64,000 nt of DNA, from contig NC_068997.1 in assembly GCF_001194135.2 (NCBI RefSeq), positions 39,612,287 to 39,676,286 of the forward strand. Reading direction: 5' to 3'. Shown piece after piece: positions 11,590-23,550 of this stretch (its first letter is position 1; every line of letters begins with the position of its first letter). The notes beneath the pieces are model-generated. The model was given only the letters and a program-made list of their open reading frames with translations. It did not search any database and was not told where the DNA came from. Origin of the DNA: Octopus bimaculoides. Lineage: Eukaryota. A program made the position numbers and the translations under genes.

Positions 11590-12360
11590 AAAGAGTAAAA
11601 TCTTGACGTTTCGGTTCCTGGCCTTTCATAGAAAATACAAAATATAAGAAAAAGAAAAAGTATAGGATAAAATAAAAAGAATAAGAAAGGGTTTTGGTAA
11701 AACAGGTTAAGTGTCAGGTGGTAATGCAGTTCGAACTATAGAGTTAGGAATTGAGGGAGGAGTTGGGTGGAGTTCGCATGTATAGTTTGGTATCCCTATT
11801 TTGATTTGTGCATCGCGGAAAGTGTGTGTGTCTGGTTGTGTGGTATGTGTTTAGAATATTAGAGGTTTTAGTCGTGTGAAAGTGTGCAGGTTTGCGGGTG
11901 TAGTGGTTTGGGATAAAAGGGTGTAGGGGGATGACGCTTAGGTGCAATCGTATGTAGCTGAAACGAAGACGTCTAAGGAAAGAAGCATGTACAGGCGTGA
12001 GCGAAAGTAAGAGGCTTGTAGTATTTAACAAAAAAATAATGATGGAAAAACTGTATGAATCTTAAAGCGATAATATTGGCGAACAGTCTGTATGTTATGT
12101 ATCAGTTCCATTATTTTAAGGATGTAATAAAGGAAAAAGAAAATGAATAGATAGGCGAAGGTAGCCAAAGAGGTCACTTGATAGAAAAACGAAAAGTGTT
12201 TAAACACTAGCAAAAAGAAAAAAAAAACAAAATTCATATTAGTGAAAGAAGAAATAAAATTAGAAAAATAGGAGAAAAATAAGAAGAATAAGAAAAACAA
12301 TAGGGAAAGTGACGAGTCAGTGAGGGTTAGAAGATAACTGCAGATTGTCGCACGCGCCAT
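11590..12360 (-). mobile_element. Putative Penelope-like remnant ending in a degenerate hammerhead motif
   Basis: The minus strand is a C/A-rich tract, then a pyrimidine tract, then ttttCT-ATGAaaGGccaggaaCCGAAACGTCaaga. Confidence 0.4.
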
Positions 12361-12476
12361 ATATATATATATACTTTATTAATAAATCTGCAAAAGTATT
12401 AATGAAGCATATGACTCTACTTCCGGTATTCGAGTACCATTTTTACCACCTTGTTTGACATTTATGTGCTTACTCT

Positions 12477-12525
<49 letters not shown>

Positions 12526-12607
12526 ACATGCCCACACCCACCCACATACATATGTATGTTTGTATGCATGTATGTATGAGTGTGTATGCATGTACATACA
12601 TATATAC

Positions 12608-12644
<37 letters not shown>

Positions 12645-12645
<1 letters not shown>

Positions 12646-12785
12646 TTTTTTTAACTTTTACTTTTACTTGTTTCAGCCATTTGACTGCGGCCATGCTGGA
12701 GCACCGCCTTTAGTCGAGCAAATCGATCCCAGGACTTATTCTTTGGAAGCCTAGTACTTATTCTATCGATCCCTTTTTGCCGATA
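12645..12785 (-). mobile_element. SINE family B 3' end with (TAAAAG)n-like tail
   Basis: cttttacttttacttgtttcagccatttgactgcggccatgctggagcaccgcc matches 25595-25700. Confidence 0.85.
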
Positions 12786-13239
12786 TATATATATTTATAT
12801 ATAACGTGAAAGAGTTAGGGGTTGGGGGTTCAACCCATTGGCTTGCATCCTTATGTAGACGCACGAGGGTACATGCTTATACACTCACATTTCTATATCA
12901 ATGTGGCGGTGGTAACAGCACATCTCTCTGTCAATTACAACGGTGGTGATGAGATTATTGTAAATTCTGTCACACTATCATCTATTTAGTATTAATCATT
13001 GTTCCGTTATATGCTTAGCTTCATATATCTGCTATAACGTTACATCATGTGGGTGTGTCCGTAGAACTTTTCTCTAGTTTTTTGAAACGCCGTCATGTTT
13101 ATTCTTAGCATGGAGGTAGAATTCTGATGCAGGTTCTATATCTATACATTTTTAACAGAGTTCTACCATTTTCTCGGCGAAAGTTTACGCTGTTTCCCCC
13201 TTTTAACATATAGTAAAGTTTCTACAATGGCCACACAGA

Positions 13240-13475
13240 CACATACACACACGCACCTCCCGCACGCATGCACACACACACACACACACGCATGCATGCT
13301 TAACCACACATATGTGAAAGAGATAGATAGATAGAGATAGAGAGAGTGAGAGTGAAAGATGCATAAGTATATAAAAAGATAGATATCAATATTTTTATAT
13401 GTATATGTATATGTATGTATGTATCTCTCACCCTCTGTGTGTGTCTCTCTCTCTGTTTCAATCTCTCTGCCTGTT

Positions 13476-13559
<84 letters not shown>

Positions 13560-13560
13560 T
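13240..13560 (+). repeat. Compound (CA)/(GATA)/(GT)/(CTGT)/(CT)/(TA) microsatellite
   Basis: Direct reading. Confidence 0.9.
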
Positions 13561-15079
13561 CTAAATATTCAGGGACAAACACTTACAGGCACATTTATAT
13601 ATCCACGTACACATATCTACTGACATAAGTATGTATATGTATATATACACACAAATACACACATAATTATATTCAAATAGCGATTTGTAAATGTATGCAT
13701 ATACGCGCATATACAACATATTTATGAATAACAGTATACATTTATGTGTGCAAATGTGCACATAGATATGTATACAAATATCTTCACTCATTTTCATCTT
13801 CAATCTCTCAACCTCTTTCTTTCCTTCTTTTGATACGCATGTACACATAAATATCAAGAAACATGCACATTCATGCTCTTATACACACACATACACGCAC
13901 CTACACACACATACATATGTATATTTGATATAAGATCGTGTAGATCGTGTGCGTGCGCGCCTATATATTCCCGTATGTATATTTGAGAATGTTCGGTTCT
14001 CATGTCCACACGAATATATTTGTATTTTTTAGTAAATTTTAGAGGATGTCTTTGTATTTGTTTCATTCCTATAATTATTTTAATTACTATGTAATAATTC
14101 TGGATTCAGTAATATTTTGCTCAATTCGTTTATCTCATTATGAGCTGTTATACTTTTTACTTTTCATTTCTTTCTGCAACTTGTAATGAAATGATTACAT
14201 AGTCAAAGATCTGTTCGCCGCTTTCCGCCACTCATCAGCTAACAACCTGCCATTGTACTTATAGTTTTAGCCTTCAGTGGAGCCGACATGTCTCAGCCCT
14301 TTCAAATGTTGCTTTCCATCTACGCATGCCAGATTCATGTACCATACACGCAACATAGAAGAAACCTGCGTGTCGGAGCTATATTTCCGTTTCTTTCTGA
14401 AAGCTAGACTTTTTATTGTCTCCTATGAAGCGACTCTAGCTTCACCAATATTTTTTTTATAATTTGTTTTTATATATATATATAATGTCTCATTTAGAAA
14501 TTATGCCGAAATCACATGCGCCTTCGATAAAATGTCTTCATTACCATCTTACTGAATTTTCAATGCTAGAGAAACTGAAAGTGATGCTATGAATAAATTA
14601 AAAAATAAAAGCAACATAAATTGAATTCCCAATTACAAATCATTAAGACAGGGGAAAAAAAGCTAACTTCCGTTAATGTAGGTTCAATTAGTAATGTTAG
14701 TGTTCAATCACTAATAATACTTTGCCGTAATATCACATGTTTCCGAATACATGAAAGTTTGTACTTACAACTGGATACAGCTTAAGTACTTGTCCAAACT
14801 GCAAATGCATATATTTTCTGTATATACTTTCAAAACTGTTCTATTGAGACACTTGTCTCCTTCGAACGTTTTATGTGATTTCTGTCGCATGATTTTATTC
14901 CGTAGTCGTGATTTCTATAATGTAGCTTATAAAGGAAGGCCAATAGTTTGGTTCCTGATTTGATCAGATGTATTCTTTATAAAACATTTTACTTGTACAA
15001 AATGTATGCTTGTTATTCTTAGGCTTTCAGAGAAGTGGATTGTTAGAATCTTTAGAGCCTAAGACTTGCGATATTAGTT

Positions 15080-15235
15080 CTAGTGGTTGGTATTGTGAGT
15101 TCAAATTTCAATGAGACCCACAATTTTTATACCATCCCTGGGTCAATAAAATAAAGTACCAGTCAAGTACTAAAAAGATATAATCGACTGTTTCCTTTCG
15201 GTTTATTTCTGATGTTGCACCTAATTTAAGAACAC
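15080..15235 (+). mobile_element. Degenerate SINE family A
   Basis: gtgagttcaaatttc...gggtcaataaaataaagtaccagtcaagtact...atataatcgact. Confidence 0.7.
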
Positions 15236-15519
15236 TTGTTTAATATGCAGCAAATGTATTGCTTTTCTAGAAACTTTACTGTTACTCCGGGCTATTTCGT
15301 TTCAGGACTGCGTTGATATGTAGTCGTGTGTCCTATATATTATTTTGACATATTATATACTAAATGAATGACCCGGCGTTGCCCATGTCACTTCTGTTCT
15401 TATTCAGATTAATAAACAATAAATATAAAGATATACTCTCATAATTATTTCAAAGTATTTATATTTATGAAAAAATATCCAAATTGTAATGATAATAGAA
15501 TTTAGAACTGAAAATCTGT

Positions 15520-16665
15520 CAATGTTGAAGCACCTCAGGCTAAACAATATTCATTGTGTAATTTTTTGTTGGTGTTGAAATGAATAAATTGTTGCTGCTT
15601 CCAACTCACGAGCAAGTAACATACAGTAGGCCGTGGAAGAAACATGCAGTAGAGAGATCAAGTGCAACTACCTTGAGGGATTGACCATGAGATTTGTTAA
15701 TTGAAATACTAAACCTTAGTTTGACAGGAAACTGAAGCGTCTTAAATTCAAATGGAGAATTTGTAGATATGAGAGGAATTTTTGGAATAAAGACATTTTC
15801 TCATTTGTGACTATCTGTTATAATTGTTGCTTGTAGGACATGGGGCGTCATGGAAGTAACAATTAAGCGAGTTCTATTACATAGGTGAGATGGGTCAAGA
15901 TTCCCAAGCAACATAATGGGAGCATCCTGCGGTGGCATCCCAGTGGGTTTAAGTGTGTTCAGAAATTCAACAGGATATTGAACAACCTGATCTTGATCGA
16001 CTGTTGTCAATTGATCGAAAAGTCATTCCTAATGTATCTGTTAACTTTTGAAGAAGTTTATGATTGAGTTTATCAGCCATTTCCTTAGTTGAAGCTATTA
16101 TAGCTGTTTAACATAGCAACTTTACGTCAGTGTAATTGACAGATAAACTAGGAAATACTTTATCCATCAGATTCCTAAGAGAAAGTATCATTTGACCGCA
16201 TGTAATTTCATGTAACTGAAGTCTTGAGTTGAATGTTAATATCCCATTACCAATCTTAAGAAACTCGTATGGTCACCTTGTCGAAGTACTCTGATATTGT
16301 TTGTAAGATTAAGTTTTTTCACGTCTCCAAAGGTACGGTATTTCGAAACGTGCATCGACTTAATCAGTTTTTGATCCTCTGATGATAACCGGCAACATTT
16401 GAGGAACATATCCCCCAAGAAGAACTGTTACCCCTCCCATGAGCGTACTATTGTTTTCAAGTACCTCTGGAGCTCCACGATGGGACATAGTACACTGATC
16501 CCAAACAATGAGGCAAGTTTGTTGGAGAAATGTTGCCATTGCAGAATTTTTGGAAATGTTGCACATTTGAGATTTTTTCATTGCAAGGTTTAGAGGGAGC
16601 TTGAACATGGAATGAGCAGTTCTTCCCCCAGTGAGGAAGGTAGCTGCAATACCAGAAGATGCAAC
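15520..16665 (-). pseudogene. Helitron PIF1-family helicase, lacking Walker A, with stops and frameshifts
   Basis: VASSGIAATFLTGGRTAHSMFKLP, LIVWDQCTMSH, GGVTVLLGG..Q.LPVI, YPVEFLNTLKPTGMPP, APIMLLGNLDP..LCNRTRL, QFPVKLRFSISINKSHGQSL. Confidence 0.92.
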
Positions 16666-16667
16666 AC

Positions 16668-17285
16668 TGGAAGAAGGTTAGATTTTATTTCCTCCCATTT
16701 AGGATTGAGGGTGAAAGTGACAAAAAGTTCTGGTTTTCCGTACGTCCTGACATATGTCATAGCATCTTGCGTTCGTTGGTGCATATATTGAGGACCACCT
16801 GTGAATGATGAAGAGAGGATTATAAGTTGACCCTTGTTTTGAATATCACCATCTGTCCTCAGAGTATCTTGGAGATGAACATAATTTTTTATTGTTACGA
16901 ATGTAGAGGAGACGCTAACTCTCAACTTTAACATACATATCTACCAGGTATTGCTGAAGTAGATCACGATACATGTGAGATTGATTTGATTGGTCTGGAC
17001 TTAACATCAGTTGGTAAGAATAGAAGTCATTTGACGACACCTTTTTGTTTGTAATTGGCTCTCCTGTTGTAGGTTCAATCTGTGGAATATTGAAATGATA
17101 CCAATCTTGTCCATTCTACAGAATAAAAGGATATTGGTGAGCATCATAGGAGGGATGAGTCTCTGAAACACGTTTAAGGCTGTTATCTCGAGCATGAATG
17201 AAAATATTACGATTTTCATGTGGATAACCTACTATAAGGATGGCTATTTCATTAGACGTGGGCTCATTAAAATGGCGTAAAATGT
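16668..17285 (-). pseudogene. Helitron Rep/helitron_like_N fragment
   Basis: FNEPTSNEIAILIVG, SYDAHQYP, QQYLVDMYVKVESERLLYI, LSSSFTGGPQYMHQRTQDAMTYVRTYGKPELFVTFTLNPKWEEI. Confidence 0.92.
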
Positions 17286-17322
17286 CCGTTACTATAGTTT
17301 ACTATAGACGTAACGAACGTGG

Positions 17323-17324
<2 letters not shown>

Positions 17325-17391
<67 letters not shown>

Positions 17392-17395
17392 GACA
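17325..17395 (+). repeat. (CA)n microsatellite
   Basis: Direct reading. Confidence 0.95.
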
Positions 17396-19061
17396 CGTAG
17401 ACACTCATAGAATTGATAATACTGAAAACAGCAAAACGTACACACACGAACTTCAAGCAAAATTAATGTAATCAATATAAGTGCGAAACATACTTTCTGT
17501 AGCATAGTTATGCTACAAATATTTTGTAGAGAATATTTCCAAAAGAAATATTCCAGCATCGGAAAGTCACCAATTTAGCAAAAGTTATTATGCGTCACCA
17601 ATGTAACAAAGTACAGAAATCAACATTTATTTGGAACATGTACTAAATGTTATAAATTTCAGAATTGAATGTCACGGTAAAGAAAGTCAAGCTCCAAGAA
17701 AATTCAGAAGGCATAATTCAGTTTTTTCATTATACAAAAATAATTTATTACTTCTCAATTTTTAAACGAACGCTGAACAAAGTGTGTACAAAAGAATATG
17801 TTGCTACTGTGAACGTTAATTAATTTAAAATATTTGCTAAGAGATGTATGTAGCAAGATATAAATGAATTCGACATCACTTAGTATATATTTTAACCGTG
17901 TACGGTTATAGGCTGTAGAATAAATACCGACTGACGCAGTAAAGAGATTGCGCAGCGTTGAATACGCACACAGGAATACGAGAAGGACGCTAGGACTGTT
18001 AAAAAGGCATTATCTTCAAACTGGTCATGAGGACTGGAATAACATTTCTGTAATTATATTGAAAGAGCCGCTAAAGCTTTCTACTTCACCAAGTTTCGAG
18101 ACTTGTTATAATAGCTAGAGTGACATTTTATTTTTTCAGATATATTTGCGAAATTTGTGAGTGCTGTCAAATCAGCCAAATCTTCATGTTGGTAATATAA
18201 ACCAGAATAATAATTCAGCAAATCAAATAAGTAGTGATAACTGTTAATGCTGTTTAAACCGTAACTCTCCATGATCAAAAGGAAAATTTAAACAGTGGTA
18301 CTTCAAGGTGAATGCTGTTGTTCGTTCAACATGCAGGCTGCAACTAAACTAAACTCTTTCAAAATCGGGGCGTTTCACTATTGGGTGGTGCAGTCTGATA
18401 CATATACTAAGACACACACATAGATATACATTTACGCATGCCTCAGGCCTATCTCTGTCCTCCTGTACGTCTGTCTATGTCTTTAGATGTGTGTATGTGT
18501 GCGTATGTGTGTGTGTGTCAGTCGTCACAAAAATGCATGTATACTGAGAGACACAGACACCGTCACACACATTTACTTCTGAGTACGTAACGAACACACT
18601 GACAGACATATAGACACGCATATAGAAAATGTGACGTCGTCGTCGTCATAGAGGGGTGGTATAAAATGTCGTTTACGATAGTTGACTTAGAGAAAGATTA
18701 TAATGTCAAATTTTTGTAATACAAATATGTAAATGAAAATAAAGATTATTTGGTAGCTAAAAGATTACTGAATTTTTTGATACCTCATACGTCAAAATCG
18801 TCAACTCAGTTTTCGGATCCATAACGAATATACGCGCGCGCACAGGCACAGACACACACACACACACATACACACTCACACAAACAAAGACATACACACG
18901 CACACACTCACACACAAACACACTCACACACGCACACGCTCACTCACACGCATACACGCGCACACACACACGCACACGCTCACTCACACGCATACACGCG
19001 CACACACACACGCACACTGTGCGTGCGCGTATATGTATGTATATATGCAGATATAAATATA

Positions 19062-19340
19062 TCTATATATATAAAACTGAGAATGTGTGTGTGTGTCTGT
19101 CTGTCTCTATGAGTGCATCACTAAAATCACCCAACTGATTTCATTTAAAATTTTAGACATGAGTTACTTAGCGTCCATACAGTGTCCTAGGCGAAAGAAA
19201 TTTTCAACTTCTTGCCTAATGTGAGCCCGTATCTCTTAGACTGTTTCAGTATTACGTGTCAAAAGTGAAACAATAACATCTCTATTGTAATGTGACATAC
19301 TTTCAGTTTAATACTACCACAATTAATACTGAAACTATAG
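19062..19340 (+). mobile_element. Helitron-type 5' terminus (non-autonomous)
   Basis: A|TCTATATATATAAAACTGAGAATGTGTGTGTGTCTGTCTGTC: an A|TC start followed by a TA run and a (GT)/(CTGT) tract, typical of animal Helitron 5' ends. Confidence 0.55.
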
Positions 19341-19415
19341 ATGTATATATATATGTACATATGTATGTATATATGTATATATATATATACATATATATTT
19401 ATGTATATATACATA

Positions 19416-19454
<39 letters not shown>

Positions 19455-20057
19455 NNNNNNNNNNNNNNNNNNNNNNNNNNNNNNNNNNNNNNNNNNNNNN
19501 NNNNNNNNNNNNNNNNNNNNNNNNNNNNNNNNNNNNNNNNNNNNNNNNNNNNNNNNNNNNNNNNNNNNNNNNNNNNNNNNNNNNNNNNNNNNNNNNNNNN
19601 NNNNNNNNNNNNNNNNNNNNNNNNNNNNNNNNNNNNNNNNNNNNNNNNNNNNNNNNNNNNNNNNNNNNNNNNNNNNNNNNNNNNNNNNNNNNNNNNNNNN
19701 NNNNNNNNNNNNNNNNNNNNNNNNNNNNNNNNNNNNNNNNNNNNNNNNNNNNNNNNNNNNNNNNNNNNNNNNNNNNNNNNNNNNNNNNNNNNNNNNNNNN
19801 NNNNNNNNNNNNNNNNNNNNNNNNNNNNNNNNNNNNNNNNNNNNNNNNNNNNNNNNNNNNNNNNNNNNNNNNNNNNNNNNNNNNNNNNNNNNNNNNNNNN
19901 NNNNNNNNNNNNNNNNNNNNNNNNNNNNNNNNNNNNNNNNNNNNNNNNNNNNNNNNNNNNNNNNNNNNNNNNNNNNNNNNNNNNNNNNNNNNNNNNNNNN
20001 NNNNNNNNNNNNNNNNNNNNNNNNNNNNNNNNNNNNNNNNNNNNNNNNNNNNNNNNN

Positions 20058-20091
<34 letters not shown>

Positions 20092-21039
20092 ATAACACTA
20101 TCCATATCACGTCCTCACTTTGTTGTTTTTTTGTTATTGTTTTTTGTGTTTTTTGAACTTATATATATATATATATATGGATATCACTATGGTTTCGACA
20201 CCTGGGCCGTACCATTCAATCCGGCAGTGTGAACAGCACTAAAATAAGTGTTGTTTGGGAACAAACATATCTTAGATATCACTACATTCATTCAATCTTA
20301 ATTCTAGGAAGGATTAAACATTAACTTTATTAATTAAACTACAACAAAGAAACACATTTACCCTATGTACAAAAACCATATCGGTAAATAAACTGAATAA
20401 GTAAACCTATAACTAACTCCTAAAATATCTAACTAAACAGCGACCCAGCCCTTGAAATCCATAAGATAATATTCCCACCAGTCTTCCATGGTTATTAGTA
20501 TAAAAGTGAAAGCTTTTATATTCTATTCTCTCCAAAACAAAACAAGCTCGATTGAACTTAACTAATATAACTAACTCTGAGTGAATTACACTATTTCATA
20601 ATCCAAAAGTTAAGAATTAAAACACTGCATACGTATTAAATATATGTCATCCTTACAGGCTTTAATGTTAAATTTATACCAGTAACTTCATAGATAATAC
20701 TAAAATATCCTTATAAATATAAACTAATGAAAGAATACCTGTAATTAACAATTATTATAAAAACCTTGTAACGATTAAAGCTAAATAAAAACTGTTTAAA
20801 AGATAATATAAAATATAAATTATTATCACTGACATGTTATCAGCATACTCGAGGTGCAGTTAACGATATTCTCAAAAGATTGCCTTCACTATTAATGACG
20901 TAGTGCGTAAGTCATCTGTTTCTCAATTGTCTTTAACAATTTTGGTGACGTATGCACATATATGTCTTAGACACTCTGGAACTCACATTATTGTGAAATC
21001 GGTTATGTGTATTAGCATTAGTTCCAAATCTTGGTATAC

Positions 21040-21226
21040 AGACAATGATTGTAGGGAGAGAGTAAATTGATTACATTCATCTCATTTTTCAGCTAATTCT
21101 TATTTTAGCGAGCTCGAAAGCTTAACAGACGAACCCAACCCAGGCAGCATTTGAACTCAGAACTTAAAACTGCAATAGATGTCACCAATGTTTTTGTCCG
21201 GCTCATTAATGACTCTGCCAGCGCCG
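21040..21226 (-). mobile_element. Degenerate SINE family A
   Basis: atttgaactcagaac...ctcattaatgactctgccagcgcc. Confidence 0.75.
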
Positions 21227-22071
21227 GACGTTTCTGAAGTTAATACTTCATCAAAAGAAAGACGGTGATGAAAAATAAGGAAGGAAACTGAACGACAAAA
21301 ATGTAGAGAAAAGAGGATTTAGGGCAAGATAGAACAACGGCTCTACCATTGGATCTTGTAACGGAGAGAGGAGAATATGAGTCTATGCCTAGTATTGTGA
21401 CGGGCATAGCGGGAAAATATGCGCATGCGGATTTTGGCCAAATTCCATTGAGCTAAACAACCCATCGCGACTAATCCAGTGTTTATAACATGAAATATAT
21501 GTATGTCATGGCGCAGGCAATATATACCTTGATGGAATCTTAGTGACACCGTCATGACTTACGGCGTGCCTGAGGGATTTTAAACATGGACGACCTCAGA
21601 TCGTCTCAGATCTGATCATCGCGAATCTCTTGCAGAAGAAATAAAGAGAAAAGGCGGACAGGAAGATTTAGAATAAGTAAAGAATTAACAACTGTACAGG
21701 GTTCGTCCTTGGTGTATTTTCTTCGAAAGAATGAAAGTTAAGTTTTTCCTCGATGGGGTTTGAAATCAAAACGCAGAGAGTCGGAATGATTATCATAAAC
21801 TTATTTAACCGACGCTCCACCGACTCCAGTAATTGGCTTATACATACTTATATGCATACACATGTACATACGAACGTACATGTATTAATACACACACACA
21901 CGCATATGTATATATAAATAGATGTTTGTATTACTACAAATTCCCTAGCAACGTTGAATACGCGTATACATCTAAGCATTATGCATGTGTACGTATATAT
22001 GAGTGTGTGTGTGTATGTTAATCTATGTATGTATCCATAACCAAATCTGTGTCTCTATCCATCTATATAAA

Positions 22072-22105
<34 letters not shown>

Positions 22106-22685
22106 CACTTACATACATATGCGTGTATATAGGTATTTATGTAAAAATATGTATTCCTGTTTGTGCATACACATGAGTGAATACACAGTCACATACACAG
22201 ACCTGTGTGTAAATACGTGTGTACATGCAACACTATCTTTACTCTGTACTTAAAAAGAAAGCGATTAGCACCCACACTTCATATTATCTTTTCATGCTTA
22301 TTTTACATCTTTGACATTTTAAAAGCTTTCACCTAAATTTTAATTTTCATAAAAGTGATAAAAATACACGTATGATCAGTAAACAAATGTGATGACTGCA
22401 ACTTTATTTCTGTGTAAAGAAATCACCACTTTCTATCTGTTACTTTTTTCCTCCTTCTGTGATGGGTTTTAACATCAGTGCAATCTATTATGGATAAAGT
22501 ATTCCAATATGTGAAAACCAGCCAGCAGGGAGTTGGGCAGTGTTCTAAATATTAGATTAATTCAAATTTGAGACAAGTGTGAATTTCAATGTTTTTTTTT
22601 TTGTTTTTTTGTTGCCTCTGTAAATATTTGCTTTTATGAGATGAACGTATATTTTGTTTTACGTTGAATAAACTATAATACTAGT

Positions 22686-22689
22686 ATGT

Positions 22690-22760
<71 letters not shown>

Positions 22761-23270
22761 NNNNNNNNNNNNNNNNNNNNNNNNNNNNNNNNNNNNNNNN
22801 NNNNNNNNNNNNNNNNNNNNNNNNNNNNNNNNNNNNNNNNNNNNNNNNNNNNNNNNNNNNNNNNNNNNNNNNNNNNNNNNNNNNNNNNNNNNNNNNNNNN
22901 NNNNNNNNNNNNNNNNNNNNNNNNNNNNNNNNNNNNNNNNNNNNNNNNNNNNNNNNNNNNNNNNNNNNNNNNNNNNNNNNNNNNNNNNNNNNNNNNNNNN
23001 NNNNNNNNNNNNNNNNNNNNNNNNNNNNNNNNNNNNNNNNNNNNNNNNNNNNNNNNNNNNNNNNNNNNNNNNNNNNNNNNNNNNNNNNNNNNNNNNNNNN
23101 NNNNNNNNNNNNNNNNNNNNNNNNNNNNNNNNNNNNNNNNNNNNNNNNNNNNNNNNNNNNNNNNNNNNNNNNNNNNNNNNNNNNNNNNNNNNNNNNNNNN
23201 NNNNNNNNNNNNNNNNNNNNNNNNNNNNNNNNNNNNNNNNNNNNNNNNNNNNNNNNNNNNNNNNNNNATA

Positions 23271-23303
<33 letters not shown>

Positions 23304-23417
23304 GTTTGTATAGATATATATATGTATATGTATATACAAATATGTGTATGTATATCTATATATATATATATGTATATGTATGTATGTATGTATGTATGTA
23401 TCTATCTATCCATCTAT

Positions 23418-23484
<67 letters not shown>

Positions 23485-23550
23485 AACATATATACATACA
23501 CACATACATAATACGTACATACATATATACATATATACATACATACATAC
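22686..23550 (+). repeat. (GT)n, gap, then (TA)n(TATG)n(TATC)n microsatellites
   Basis: Direct reading. Confidence 0.95.

Larger units (their letters stand above)
15360..17300 (-). mobile_element. Internally deleted Helitron (Rep fragment, PIF1 helicase fragment and 3' terminus)
   Basis: Rep and helicase motifs lie on the minus strand. The 3' end is a degenerate hairpin (tgggcaacgccggg, 15372-15385) followed by TTAG|T at 15360, a CTRR-like terminus before T. Confidence 0.9.

Noticed and set aside
13085-13167. GAAACGCCGTC motif and a 12-bp stem GGTAGAATTCTG/CAGAGTTCTACC
   Set aside because: There is no upstream CUGANGA, and the stem is too short with a 29-nt unstructured loop for a pre-miRNA.
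14195-14245. CUGAUGA...GAAC motif on the minus strand
   Set aside because: Stem II does not pair and the A15.1-U16.1 pair is missing.
20180-20235. ggtttcgac...cagtgtgaa resembling the 9650 ribozyme
   Set aside because: The core reads CUGCCGG and no stem II forms, which is too degenerate to support.
20280-20620. A/C-skewed tract considered as a NUMT
   Set aside because: No mitochondrial protein or rRNA motif was recognised in the frames I read.
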